From: Candidatus Saccharimonadota bacterium
GTDB taxonomy: Bacteria > Bacteroidota > Bacteroidia > Cytophagales > Amoebophilaceae
Direction of reading: 5' to 3'
Assembly (NCBI RefSeq): GCF_003351905.1
Contig: NZ_CP022339.1
Coordinates: 240,001 to 272,000 of the forward strand
DNA: 32,000 nt
Shown one piece after another: positions 16,847 through 25,392 of the stretch. The position numbers and the translations under genes were made by a program. The notes under the pieces were generated by a model. That model was given only the letters and a program-made list of their open reading frames with translations. It did no database searches and had not been told where the DNA came from. How positions within the stretch are numbered: the first letter of the stretch is position 1; the number at the start of each line of letters is the position of its first letter.

Positions 16847-18796
16847 ATGATTTATATGCAGCAATATACGATACAACCCATACAATATGCCGTACTACAC
16901 ATCACTAAATACAAAGAAACAGGCAGAATAGGCACACATCTAGACAGAAAAAATTTGACTCAAAATGTAGCACACTTTAAAAGCGATATAGACCCAGCAA
17001 TGCGTGAATTATTAGGCCCCCATATTGATCATACACGCACGCATCTAAATGAAGAATTATCGCCTTTAAAAAATGAAAGCTTAACAAAAGACATTCATAG
17101 CAGAATACAATCAGGATATAGAGGGAATAAGGAAATTAGAAAAGATGCCGTTAAAGCTTTAGGTATTATACTGACCGGAAGCCATGAACGGATGAAAGCA
17201 ATTGAGCAAGATGAAAAATTGTTTAATGATTGGAAAAGAGCAAATTACGGGTTTGCTTGTCGGGAATTTGGCTCAGAAAATATCATTCGCTTTACGCTAC
17301 ATAGGGATGAAAAAACACCTCATATACACTGCGTAGTAGTCCCGATCTGTAAAGACGGTAGATTAAGCGCCAAAAGCTTTATGAGCGGGTCTCATATGCT
17401 GATGGCGTATCAAGATAGGTATGCAAACGCGATGAATAGGTTTGGATTAAATAGAGGAATAGCTAAACATCTAACAGAGCGTAGCCATATACCGATCGGG
17501 CAATTTAGAAAAGAAACGCTTAAAAAGAAACAGGAAATAATGCTCTCTGTTACATCAGATATACCCAGGCCTAATCTACTAAACTTTAAACAAGTACACC
17601 AAAATATTGCTAATCAACTTTGTGCGTATGCTTATGAAGCTGAAAAACAGAAACTAAAAGCATTAGAAACAGAAAAAACCTATAGCAATATCATCAAAGA
17701 AAACATACGATCAGATTTAGATCGTGTCAAACGAGAGGTTAACTTAATACAACATGCTGCTTCTATGGGCTACCAGCTTAATAAAGCTAAAAGCTCAAGA
17801 TTATGGGCAGTAATGGATAAAGATGGAGACAAAATATTGATTAGGAATGGTCTCAATAACAATGGCTACTGGACCTATACCTCTCTAGTAGATGATAAAG
17901 ATAAAGGCACTATAATAGATTTTATGCTAAAACGTGGTTTTAGTTATAAGGAGATTCGTGGATTGAATAGTATCCATTTGGATGATACTGTGATCAAAAA
18001 TCAAAGTTCACTGGAAAATGATTTGAAAAATTTATCGGTACAAGAAAAACTAGCCAAAGCCTACTTTTGTAGTATTGTCTATAAAAAAGAAGATAATTAT
18101 TTAACCAGCCGTGGTATTGCACCATCAACCTATGGTCCTTATATCGGTATTTCTTTGCAAGTAGGTAGAAAAGCGGTATTTGGTCTCTATCAAGGATTAA
18201 ACAATCAAGGAAATGGAACGATGTGTAGCACTATTTCCTACCAGTTTTTTACAGACAATACTGGAAAAATAGAAAGTAGAAAATACTTTCAAAAAGGGCT
18301 TTCTAGAGGGTTAGCTGTATTAAAGCATCCCAATTTTCCTGTGAAAAAGATTGTGTTCACAGAGAGTCCTATAGATGCCCTAAGTCATAAACAGCTTTAT
18401 GCAGAGAAAGATAGTACGATGTATATCGCTACTTGTGGTACTATGTCTAATAGTATCATTAAAGAAATCAACAACCTATTGAAAGAAGCTAAACAGCATA
18501 GCCAAGAAGTAGTATTGGCTTTTGATATAGATCAAGCAGGTCAACGTATGCAAAAACTAATAGAAAATATTTCTAAACAAGAGGGTATACAACCTACTAA
18601 AATGTCTGTAACTTCAGGAAAAGACTGGAATGAACAACTGCAACAGAACTTAACTGGTCAGGCTATGAATTTCCTTTTACAACTGCAAAAGTCTATTGCT
18701 AGGGATATCCGATCCAACTGTTCGATTGATGAATATCAAAAATCAAGAAAAAAGGAAATAGCGTATATCGATAAATATGTCGGAATAGAACTCTGA
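16847..18796 (+). CDS. MobV-family (Mob/Pre) relaxase fused to a C-terminal Toprim primase-like domain
   Basis: N-terminal YAVLHITKYK...THLDRKN and the metal motif HRDEKTPHIHCVVVP (H-x-D-E-x-x-P-H-x-H) mark the relaxase. C-terminal VFTESPIDALSH (Toprim Glu) and LAFDIDQAGQ (DxD) mark the primase. A region resembling the DUF3991-type linker (GTIIDFMLKRGFSYKEI) lies before the Toprim domain. Confidence 0.85.
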   Translation: MIYMQQYTIQPIQYAVLHITKYKETGRIGTHLDRKNLTQNVAHFKSDIDPAMRELLGPHIDHTRTHLNEELSPLKNESLTKDIHSRIQSGYRGNKEIRKDAVKALGIILTGSHERMKAIEQDEKLFNDWKRANYGFACREFGSENIIRFTLHRDEKTPHIHCVVVPICKDGRLSAKSFMSGSHMLMAYQDRYANAMNRFGLNRGIAKHLTERSHIPIGQFRKETLKKKQEIMLSVTSDIPRPNLLNFKQVHQNIANQLCAYAYEAEKQKLKALETEKTYSNIIKENIRSDLDRVKREVNLIQHAASMGYQLNKAKSSRLWAVMDKDGDKILIRNGLNNNGYWTYTSLVDDKDKGTIIDFMLKRGFSYKEIRGLNSIHLDDTVIKNQSSLENDLKNLSVQEKLAKAYFCSIVYKKEDNYLTSRGIAPSTYGPYIGISLQVGRKAVFGLYQGLNNQGNGTMCSTISYQFFTDNTGKIESRKYFQKGLSRGLAVLKHPNFPVKKIVFTESPIDALSHKQLYAEKDSTMYIATCGTMSNSIIKEINNLLKEAKQHSQEVVLAFDIDQAGQRMQKLIENISKQEGIQPTKMSVTSGKDWNEQLQQNLTGQAMNFLLQLQKSIARDIRSNCSIDEYQKSRKKEIAYIDKYVGIEL

Positions 18797-18977
18797 TTTT
18801 TTATTTATTGAATATTATAGTAATTGATTTATCTGATTAGATTGTAATCTATGCATATAAGCAGACAAAAAAAAATATATCAAATTAGCCCCTTGGCTAC
18901 CAAAAGAAATATAGATACATTGACTTGATAGCCAATGGATTAATTTGATCAGACATCTCAGAGATCAAATAAAATGA

Positions 18978-19769
18978 TTAAGGTAGTGCACGGATACCGA
19001 TATTATTACATTGTTGAACAATATTCAGCATAAGCTGATCAAGATTATTAACTCCATTATGGACTTGTATAGCAGAATCTCTAGCCGTACAAGCAGATCT
19101 ATTAGCCTGATTAAAATCAGCTAGAGCACCTCTAATACCATTATTTTGAGCATAATAACCTTGAACATCATTCATATTATAATCAATATTAAGAATTGGT
19201 TCATTCATGCCGTTTATTATTTGAAGAATATGTTGGTGGCTATTATTAGCAGCTTGCATAGCATTTTCAGCTTGACCAGCAGCAGCTTGAGCTCGATCGA
19301 CAGCAGCTTCAGCCTGTTGTCTAATATTCCTTGCTTGATTCGAAGCATCTAAAATATTCTGATCATTAGGTTGAGCCTGCCCAGCTCGTATACGGGCCTT
19401 AGCAGCAATAGCAAACCTATCAATAGCACCAGCAAGACCATTCACTCTATCAAATATAAGGAGCGCCTTATCAAGATCAATTTGAGCAAGTCCGTGATGA
19501 TGATCAGCCCAATTATGTGCTCTTTCAGCACCATTAGCGATAGAATTAATGGCTGCTAATAATCCATCATTATAATCATTTAAAATTTGATCAGTCCCTA
19601 AATTAGCAGCATTGTAATCTTGTGTAAGGATATTATATCTTGGATTATATGGATCAGGTCCTGGTGGATCATCTGCATGCATTGCCATTAACGATACTGG
19701 TATAAAAATGTAAAACAAAGACTTTGATAATAGTAATGTTAACCTCTGCATGTTAATTCTATGTGACAT
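18978..19769 (-). CDS. Hypothetical secreted protein, A/Q/N-rich and helical
   Basis: 263 aa with an N-terminal hydrophobic signal-like segment (LFYIFIPVSLMAMHA). The sequence is low-complexity and helical (AEAAVDRAQAAAGQAENAMQAANN). No family recognised. Confidence 0.55.
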   Translation of the reverse strand: MSHRINMQRLTLLLSKSLFYIFIPVSLMAMHADDPPGPDPYNPRYNILTQDYNAANLGTDQILNDYNDGLLAAINSIANGAERAHNWADHHHGLAQIDLDKALLIFDRVNGLAGAIDRFAIAAKARIRAGQAQPNDQNILDASNQARNIRQQAEAAVDRAQAAAGQAENAMQAANNSHQHILQIINGMNEPILNIDYNMNDVQGYYAQNNGIRGALADFNQANRSACTARDSAIQVHNGVNNLDQLMLNIVQQCNNIGIRALP

Positions 19770-19807
19770 TGTAATTAGTGATTAAATATGAATAATTAAA
19801 TTGGTGC

Positions 19808-20467
19808 TTATAATACATCTCCACCTGCTCCTAATTTGAGCCTAGATTCTTTTTCTCTATCATCGTCTGTTTTAGACATCATACCTACCGCAGGTAAAGT
19901 ATCACCTCCTCCTAATTCCAATCTAGCCTTTTCTCTGTCATCAGCAGTTTTACGGGCCATATCTGCTGTACGTCTAGCATTAGCAGCATCCTGAATTGCA
20001 CGATCAGCAGCTTTCTGTTGACTAATAGCAACTCGCTCTGAAGTATCAGCTCTACGTTTTATGACATTGAGAGAATGCTGAAGTAGCTTATCGTTACATA
20101 AGGCATCACCTCCTCCTAATTCTAATCTAGCCTTTTCTCTGTCATCGGCAGTTTTACGGGCCATATCTGCTGTACGTCTAGCATTAGCAGCATCCTGAAT
20201 TGCACGATCAGCAGCTTTCTGTTGACTAATAGCAACTCGCTCTGAAGTATCAGCTCTACGTTTTATGACATTGAGAGAATGCTGAAGTAACCTGTCACAG
20301 TCTATAGAACCACTTTGTACAGCAGATGAAGAAGCCTTAACATCTTGTCTCTTTTCGGATGTTCCATCACCACCACTATCCATATAGCTTGGATTCCCTA
20401 TTTTGTTACATCCAGCTATTCCTATTGTATAACAGCATAATAGAACTTTAAAGTTATTCGCGTTCAT
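19808..20467 (-). CDS. Hypothetical lipoprotein with two identical ~62-aa repeats (period 68 aa)
   Basis: 219 aa with a signal peptide and a lipobox-like GIAGC. The block LLQHSLNVIKRRADTSERVAISQQKAADRAIQDAANARRTADMARKTADDREKARLELGGGD occurs twice, with a degenerate third DDREKESRLKLGAGGD at the C-terminus. Confidence 0.65.
   Translation of the reverse strand: MNANNFKVLLCCYTIGIAGCNKIGNPSYMDSGGDGTSEKRQDVKASSSAVQSGSIDCDRLLQHSLNVIKRRADTSERVAISQQKAADRAIQDAANARRTADMARKTADDREKARLELGGGDALCNDKLLQHSLNVIKRRADTSERVAISQQKAADRAIQDAANARRTADMARKTADDREKARLELGGGDTLPAVGMMSKTDDDREKESRLKLGAGGDVL
19901..20289 (-). repeat. Intragenic tandem duplication: 185-bp core repeated with a 204-bp period
   Basis: 19901..20085 and 20105..20289 differ at only 2 positions by my reading (c/t and a/g). 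Both differences are synonymous in the minus-strand frame. Confidence 0.85.
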
Positions 20468-20730
20468 TTTGATTTATGTTTATGTTCAAATTAAAGCTAG
20501 TTTTTATTACTATAGCAGCTTACAAAACTTATTACATAATTCTACAAAAAAATTACAAAATCTGCAAGTAATTACTATAGCCATACAACATATAAGTATT
20601 TTGCATACTAACAGCCCACTAAATTAGTTTCTAAATCAAATTTTCATATACCTATTTGCGACATAGATTATGTTACTGAATAAGTAACAAAAATAGCTTT
20701 TATAATGCGGTATTATTGGTTAATATTCGT

Positions 20731-20760
20731 ATGTTTCATAAACGATCGTTTGTGAAACAT
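20731..20760. promoter_or_regulatory. 30-bp near-perfect palindrome immediately upstream of the serine recombinase remnant: candidate recombinase binding/crossover site or operator
   Basis: ATGTTTCATAAACGA|TCGTTTGTGAAACAT has 14 of 15 positions complementary between arms. It ends 11 bp before the ATG at 20772. The half-site G-TTT-x-TGA-x-A pattern is reminiscent of hix/gix-type sites, from memory. Confidence 0.4.
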
Positions 20761-20771
20761 AATTACATAAT

Positions 20772-21107
20772 ATGCTTATAGGGTACGCACGTATATCTAA
20801 GTCAGATGGTAGCCAAACGCTAGACTTGCAAGTAGATGCTTTAAAAGAAGCAGGAATATCGGAAAACCATATCTACAAAGATGAAGCTTCTGGCAGCATA
20901 GATGATCGACAAGACTTAACCAATTGCCTCAAAACGCTTAGAGAAGGAGATACGTTAGTCGTATGGAAACTAGATCGACTAGGCCGAAACCTAAAACACC
21001 TCGTCAATCTAGTACAAGAACTACATGACAAAGGGGTGGGGTTAAAAGTATTAACCGGACAAGGGGCAAAGATTTATGATTTTTTCGTATATTGGGATCG
21101 AAAGTAG
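20772..21107 (+). pseudogene. Serine recombinase (resolvase/invertase family), catalytic domain only, 3'-truncated
   Basis: MLIGYARISKSDGSQTLDLQ...GDTLVVWKLDRLGRNLKHLV...GVGLKVLTGQGA matches the resolvase N-terminal catalytic domain, including the Y-A-R-x-S active-site serine context. Homology is lost at about 21075. The E-helix and HTH domains are missing. Confidence 0.8.
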
Positions 21108-21265
21108 GAACAAGATGGCGCATTAGTGTCACTTCATTAGCTCTATTAAGAATCATTTCTTTAGTTAAGTATGTAGCATTCATGCTTGATTGATTTTAGG
21201 ATTTGATTCGAAGAGGCCTAGTTTCTATTTTTCAGGTGTCGAGCCTCAAAAAAGTAAATTTTTTA

Positions 21266-21288
21266 GCCTTCTTCGGGGGGCTTTTTTT
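21266..21288 (+). terminator. Orphan intrinsic-terminator-like hairpin with a UUCG loop and T-run
   Basis: GCCTTC-TTCG-GGGGGC (6-bp stem including two G-U pairs) is followed by TTTTTTT. It lies in non-coding debris downstream of the recombinase remnant. Confidence 0.35.
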
Positions 21289-21444
21289 ATGCCCTTCGAA
21301 CGGATAATGTTTCCAAATAACTTTTATTGTTAAATAGGTATTGCTGTTTAATCGTCTTTATAAAATTTATAAACCGATTAATAATGAGTACTTTTTATAT
21401 TCCATGTATCTATTCTAAAAACCCCAAATGTTATATAATTAATA

Positions 21445-21615
21445 TTATGTTAAATACATACTTAACAGACAGTAGGGTATAAGCAGCTCTACTAATAAAA
21501 CGCCATAATTGCCAGTGGCTTCTAAAACACAGTGATCCAAGGATTGATCAAGTTGAGCCAAAGATTTATTGAAAATGAATTGGTTTTTTACTGTTAACGC
21601 TAATATTAAATACTT
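21445..21615 (-). pseudogene. IS110-family (DEDD) transposase N-terminal fragment
   Basis: The minus-strand translation ...TVKNQFIFNKSLAQLDQSLDHCVLEATGNYGVLLVELL... contains the E-A-T-G-x-Y motif (21505..21522) and the preceding F-x-N context typical of IS110-family N-termini. It spans only ~50 codons with stops on both sides. Confidence 0.4.
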
Positions 21616-21621
21616 TTATAA

Positions 21622-22332
21622 GTTGATTATCAACTTCATAATATATATAATCAACTACAAGAAGATGGGTTTAATGTAGGTAGAGATCGTGTGCTTAAGT
21701 ATATGGGTGTACTTGGTATATCGGCTATTTATCCACGTAAGAAGCCCTCTATTTCTTGTAAAGATGCGCAGCATAAGGTATATAGTTACTTGCTGGATAA
21801 ATATTGGATCAATTTTGGTAAAACAAAACGTGTGCATGTACCTAAATCGAATCAAGTTTGGAGTGGGGATATTACTTATATTCGAACCAGTAGTGGTTAT
21901 ATCTATCTTTCGGCTATTATAGATTGGCATAGTAAAGCCATATTGAGTTATAAGTTATCGAATACTATGGATACGATACTTGTAACAGATACATTAGAAA
22001 GGGCACTAAGTAAATATCCTGCACCAGCGTTCTTTAATAGTGATCAAGGTAGTCAGTATACTAGTCATAAGCATACAGATCTATTAAAAAATCATAATAT
22101 TCAAATCTCTATGAATGGAAGGGGTAGAAGTATTGATAATATTGTAATGGAAAGATTTTTTAGAACCCTAAAATATAATTACATCTTTATCAATGAGTTT
22201 AAAAATATTAAGGCATTAAAAGAGGGAATTAGCAGTTATATTACTAAATATAATTACCAAAGGTTTCATTCTACTATTAACTATCAAAAACCTATGAACG
22301 TGTATCTTAACCATTTAAAAATGATAGCCTAG
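21622..22332 (+). pseudogene. IS3-family transposase OrfB (rve integrase core), 5'-truncated; no orfA
   Basis: ...QLQEDGFNVGRDRVLKYMGVLGI..., VWSGDITYIRT...YLSAIIDWHSK..., FNSDQGSQYTS..., IDNIVMERFFRTLKYN..., YNYQRFHSTINYQKP are the canonical IS3 DDE-region blocks. The open frame begins only at 21622. Confidence 0.8.
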
Positions 22333-22466
22333 CAAATGGGAAAAAATAGGAAAGAAAAGTAAGAAAAAAATGTCCCAAAAAGAAAGTCCACTATAAAATA
22401 CTATAAAAACCATCTATCTTTCAGTGTGCAACAAGATTATATATTCCTAAATAAAAGGATCAGGAT

Positions 22467-24305
22467 ATGGATTATAAAAAAGAAGAGAAAAAACTAAAAA
22501 GAGCGGAGCAACGAGTAGATGCTACCGAAAGTGTACAAATCCCCATTGGGAAGGCCAGTGTTAAGCAAATGATAGAGGCTGGATTTTACGCAGATAAGAC
22601 TTCTTATATTACTAAACTTTTTAAAGATGAGGGAACTTATTACTTCTTTACAAGACCACGAAGATTTGGTAAATCTCTACTACTAGACACCATAGATCAA
22701 ATAGCAAAAGGAAATAAAGAATTGTTTAAAGGGTGCGCTATTTATAAAGATCAAACCTATAGGTGGAAAAAATATCCAGTTATTTGGTTGAACTTCTCAA
22801 AGTTGGCTAAGGATAATCCAGAAAAACTACAAAATAACTTGATAGATGTATTATATACGTTTGCTAAGAATCATAATATAAGTAGAAGTGAAATAGATCC
22901 CATTATAGGTGAGCCGACCGTAGAGGGTACACTGGAAAAGTTGATTAATGCATTAAAAAAACTAGGTAATGGTTATGAACCTACACCTATTATCTTAATT
23001 GACGAATATGATAGTCCATTAATCTCTTGCGAAAAAGAGAAGTATGAAGGAGTGCTTGCTGTCCTTAGTTCATTTTTTAAAGTTTTAAAAGGCAGTCAGA
23101 AGGACTGCAAATTTATCTTTGTCACCGGCGTAACTAAATTTCACCTATCTGGACTTACCTCAGGGGCAAACTCGGCTAATGACATATCATTGCATGAGGA
23201 TTATGCAGAGATGTTGGGCTATACAGACAAGGATATTGAAAAGTTATTCTTTAATGACAAACACACATATATTAATACAGTCATAATAAATCTAAGGGAA
23301 AATTGGTACAAAGGAGAAAGCTATACAGACGAACAATTAAAACAAGAGTTAAAAGATTATTATAACGGCTACTGTTTTAGTCGAAATAAGGGTATCAAGC
23401 GGATGTATAATCCAGACTCTATATTGAAATTTTTTCGAGATAAAGCATTTGGTAATTACTGGTCCAACTCTGGTAATCCTGCCATCTTACTACAACAAAT
23501 AAGAAATGATATCAATAGGTTTACAATCGCTTGGAATAAGTCCAGTCTTGCAATCAATAAGCTGGATTTTGAAAATTTAGCAGGCTCTCTTTCCAAGATA
23601 CCATTACTCCCTTTAATGTACCAAACAGGTTATCTTACCCTAGATCCTAATGGATTTAAAGAGGACATACGAGAAGATAAAAACGCAACGGACTACTATT
23701 TAAAGTTTCCCAATGAAGAGGTAAGATCTGCTTTAAAGTCAACCTTAATTAAGATTATGGACGAAGTCCAGGAGGAAACAGGTAAACAATATAGCACTTC
23801 GATTCTTAATACTTTAAGAAATAAAAAGTGGTCTGTCTTTCTTAACTATATTCGAAGTGATTGCTTAGCTAAAGCAGGCTATCGTTTTCTAGATAAAACA
23901 GAGAGGAGTTTTCAAAGGGCTTTATATTTATTTCTAAATGGTGTTTTTCATGCAACGCATGATATGCAGACTAGTGCTGAATCCGACAGTGGCATAGGCC
24001 GCACAGATATCGTTATGGAGGACCATAGAAACGACCAAAGAGCTGTCTATATCTTTGAGTTAAAAATAGATAGACCAGCGCTGGAGGCTTTAACACAAAT
24101 ACACAGTAAAGATTACAGTATTAAATATGGTTCATGTAGTGAAAAAATCCTGATAGGGATAACCTGTGATGCTGCAAAACTTAATATAACAGAGGCAATT
24201 GTTCAAGTACATCAAAAAGATGAGCAAGATAATTTTAGAGAAGTTGTTTATACACACTTTACAGTTGACCAGTCTGGTTATTTTAAAGAGGTAATAAACC
24301 AATAG
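22467..24305 (+). CDS. AAA-ATPase-like plus PD-(D/E)XK nuclease-like protein, divergent paralog 3
   Basis: 612 aa with TRPRRFGKSLL, LIDEYDSP and C-terminal GRTDIVME...VYIFELKI. Same architecture as 113..1750 and 15005..16642 but much more diverged. Confidence 0.8.
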   Translation: MDYKKEEKKLKRAEQRVDATESVQIPIGKASVKQMIEAGFYADKTSYITKLFKDEGTYYFFTRPRRFGKSLLLDTIDQIAKGNKELFKGCAIYKDQTYRWKKYPVIWLNFSKLAKDNPEKLQNNLIDVLYTFAKNHNISRSEIDPIIGEPTVEGTLEKLINALKKLGNGYEPTPIILIDEYDSPLISCEKEKYEGVLAVLSSFFKVLKGSQKDCKFIFVTGVTKFHLSGLTSGANSANDISLHEDYAEMLGYTDKDIEKLFFNDKHTYINTVIINLRENWYKGESYTDEQLKQELKDYYNGYCFSRNKGIKRMYNPDSILKFFRDKAFGNYWSNSGNPAILLQQIRNDINRFTIAWNKSSLAINKLDFENLAGSLSKIPLLPLMYQTGYLTLDPNGFKEDIREDKNATDYYLKFPNEEVRSALKSTLIKIMDEVQEETGKQYSTSILNTLRNKKWSVFLNYIRSDCLAKAGYRFLDKTERSFQRALYLFLNGVFHATHDMQTSAESDSGIGRTDIVMEDHRNDQRAVYIFELKIDRPALEALTQIHSKDYSIKYGSCSEKILIGITCDAAKLNITEAIVQVHQKDEQDNFREVVYTHFTVDQSGYFKEVINQ

Positions 24306-24427
24306 CCAATCATATTAAGAACGTCAATTCGGGATTAGATCATATTTTTAATATGCTAATCAGCATTAAAATAATTTAATGGATTAACGAGTAAATATGA
24401 ATAGAAAATATCTAGGAAGTAATTTGG

Positions 24428-25297
24428 GGAAGTGTTCGATTAACTGTGTCAAGTCTGCAAAAAGTTATAATTTAAATAATTAAACATTTAAGGTTTTAGA
24501 CATGGAAGAACATATGCAGAATGACTACGTTGGTTTAGTAGATTACAAATTTCTGGAGGCAAATATTTTGTCCTCTATCCGTTTAGGTAAACCTTTGACA
24601 GGTAAAGATGGAGCTTTAACCCCTCTGATCAAGAAACTTCTAGAGGCCAGTTTAGAAGGTGGAATGGCGCACCACTTATCTAATGCTTCAGCAGTACATA
24701 ACCGAAGGAATGGCAAAAGCTGTAAAACTTTGCGCACAAGTTCTGGTTCTTTTGATCTACTAACTCCTAGAGATAGAGTAGGTAGTTTCGATCCACAGAT
24801 AGTTAAAAAGCGCCAAACAAGTCTTCATCCTGAACTGGAAACCAAGATATTAAGGATGTTTTCTAGTGGTATGAGCTATAAGTCTATAGCCGCTCATATT
24901 GAAGAAATCTATGATCATAAAGTATCAGCTGCTGAAATATCGGCTATTACAGATAGCTTATTGCCAGTAATAAATGAATGGCGTAATCGTCCTCTTCAAT
25001 CGGTCTACCCCATAGTTTTTATGGATGGTATGTTTTTTAAGGTTAAAGAAGATGGGAAATGTGTAAGTAAATGCCTGTATACCCTATTAGGAATAGATCA
25101 AGAGGGTAAAAAAGAAATGCTAGGCTTCTATTTATCTGAAAGTGAGGGAGCTAATTTCTGGTTAGGTGTACTGAACGAGCTTAAGACAAGGGGTGTAGAA
25201 GATATCCTTATTGCCTGTGTTGATGGACTAAAAAGCTTTCCTGCAGCCATTAATAATGCTTTTCCCAATGCACAAGTTCAGGTCTGTGTAGTACACC
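24428..25297 (+). mobile_element. Second IS256-family copy: left end plus ~265 codons of transposase, then interrupted
   Basis: The left IR GGAAGTGTTCGATTAACTGTGTC is at 24428. DNA and protein are collinear with 2558..3427 of the intact copy. Similarity ends right after gtagtacacc (25297). Confidence 0.85.
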
Positions 25298-25392
25298 GCG
25301 TGCCAAGTATGGTACAAACAAAGGAGATGAAAGGAGCTCCTACCAATAAAACCTTTAAGTTGGATAGCCTGAGACAGATGCTAGCAGCGTAA
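24502..25392 (+). pseudogene. IS256-family transposase disrupted after ...QVQVCVVH
   Basis: It aligns with 2633..3871 up to VCVVH. The last ~31 codons (RVPSMVQTKEMKG...) are unrelated read-through into the inserted sequence. Confidence 0.85.

Larger units (their letters stand above)
14902..17170 (+). repeat. Copy B of the segmental duplication (partner 1..2277)
   Basis: See copy A. In this copy the relaxase gene continues intact past 17170. Confidence 0.9.

Noticed and set aside
21655-21930. Track ORFs 21655..21930 (-) and 21689..21922 (+) overlapping the IS3 region.
   Set aside because: The third frame (21622..22332) carries the canonical IS3 DDE-domain blocks. These two are frame shadows in AT-rich DNA.
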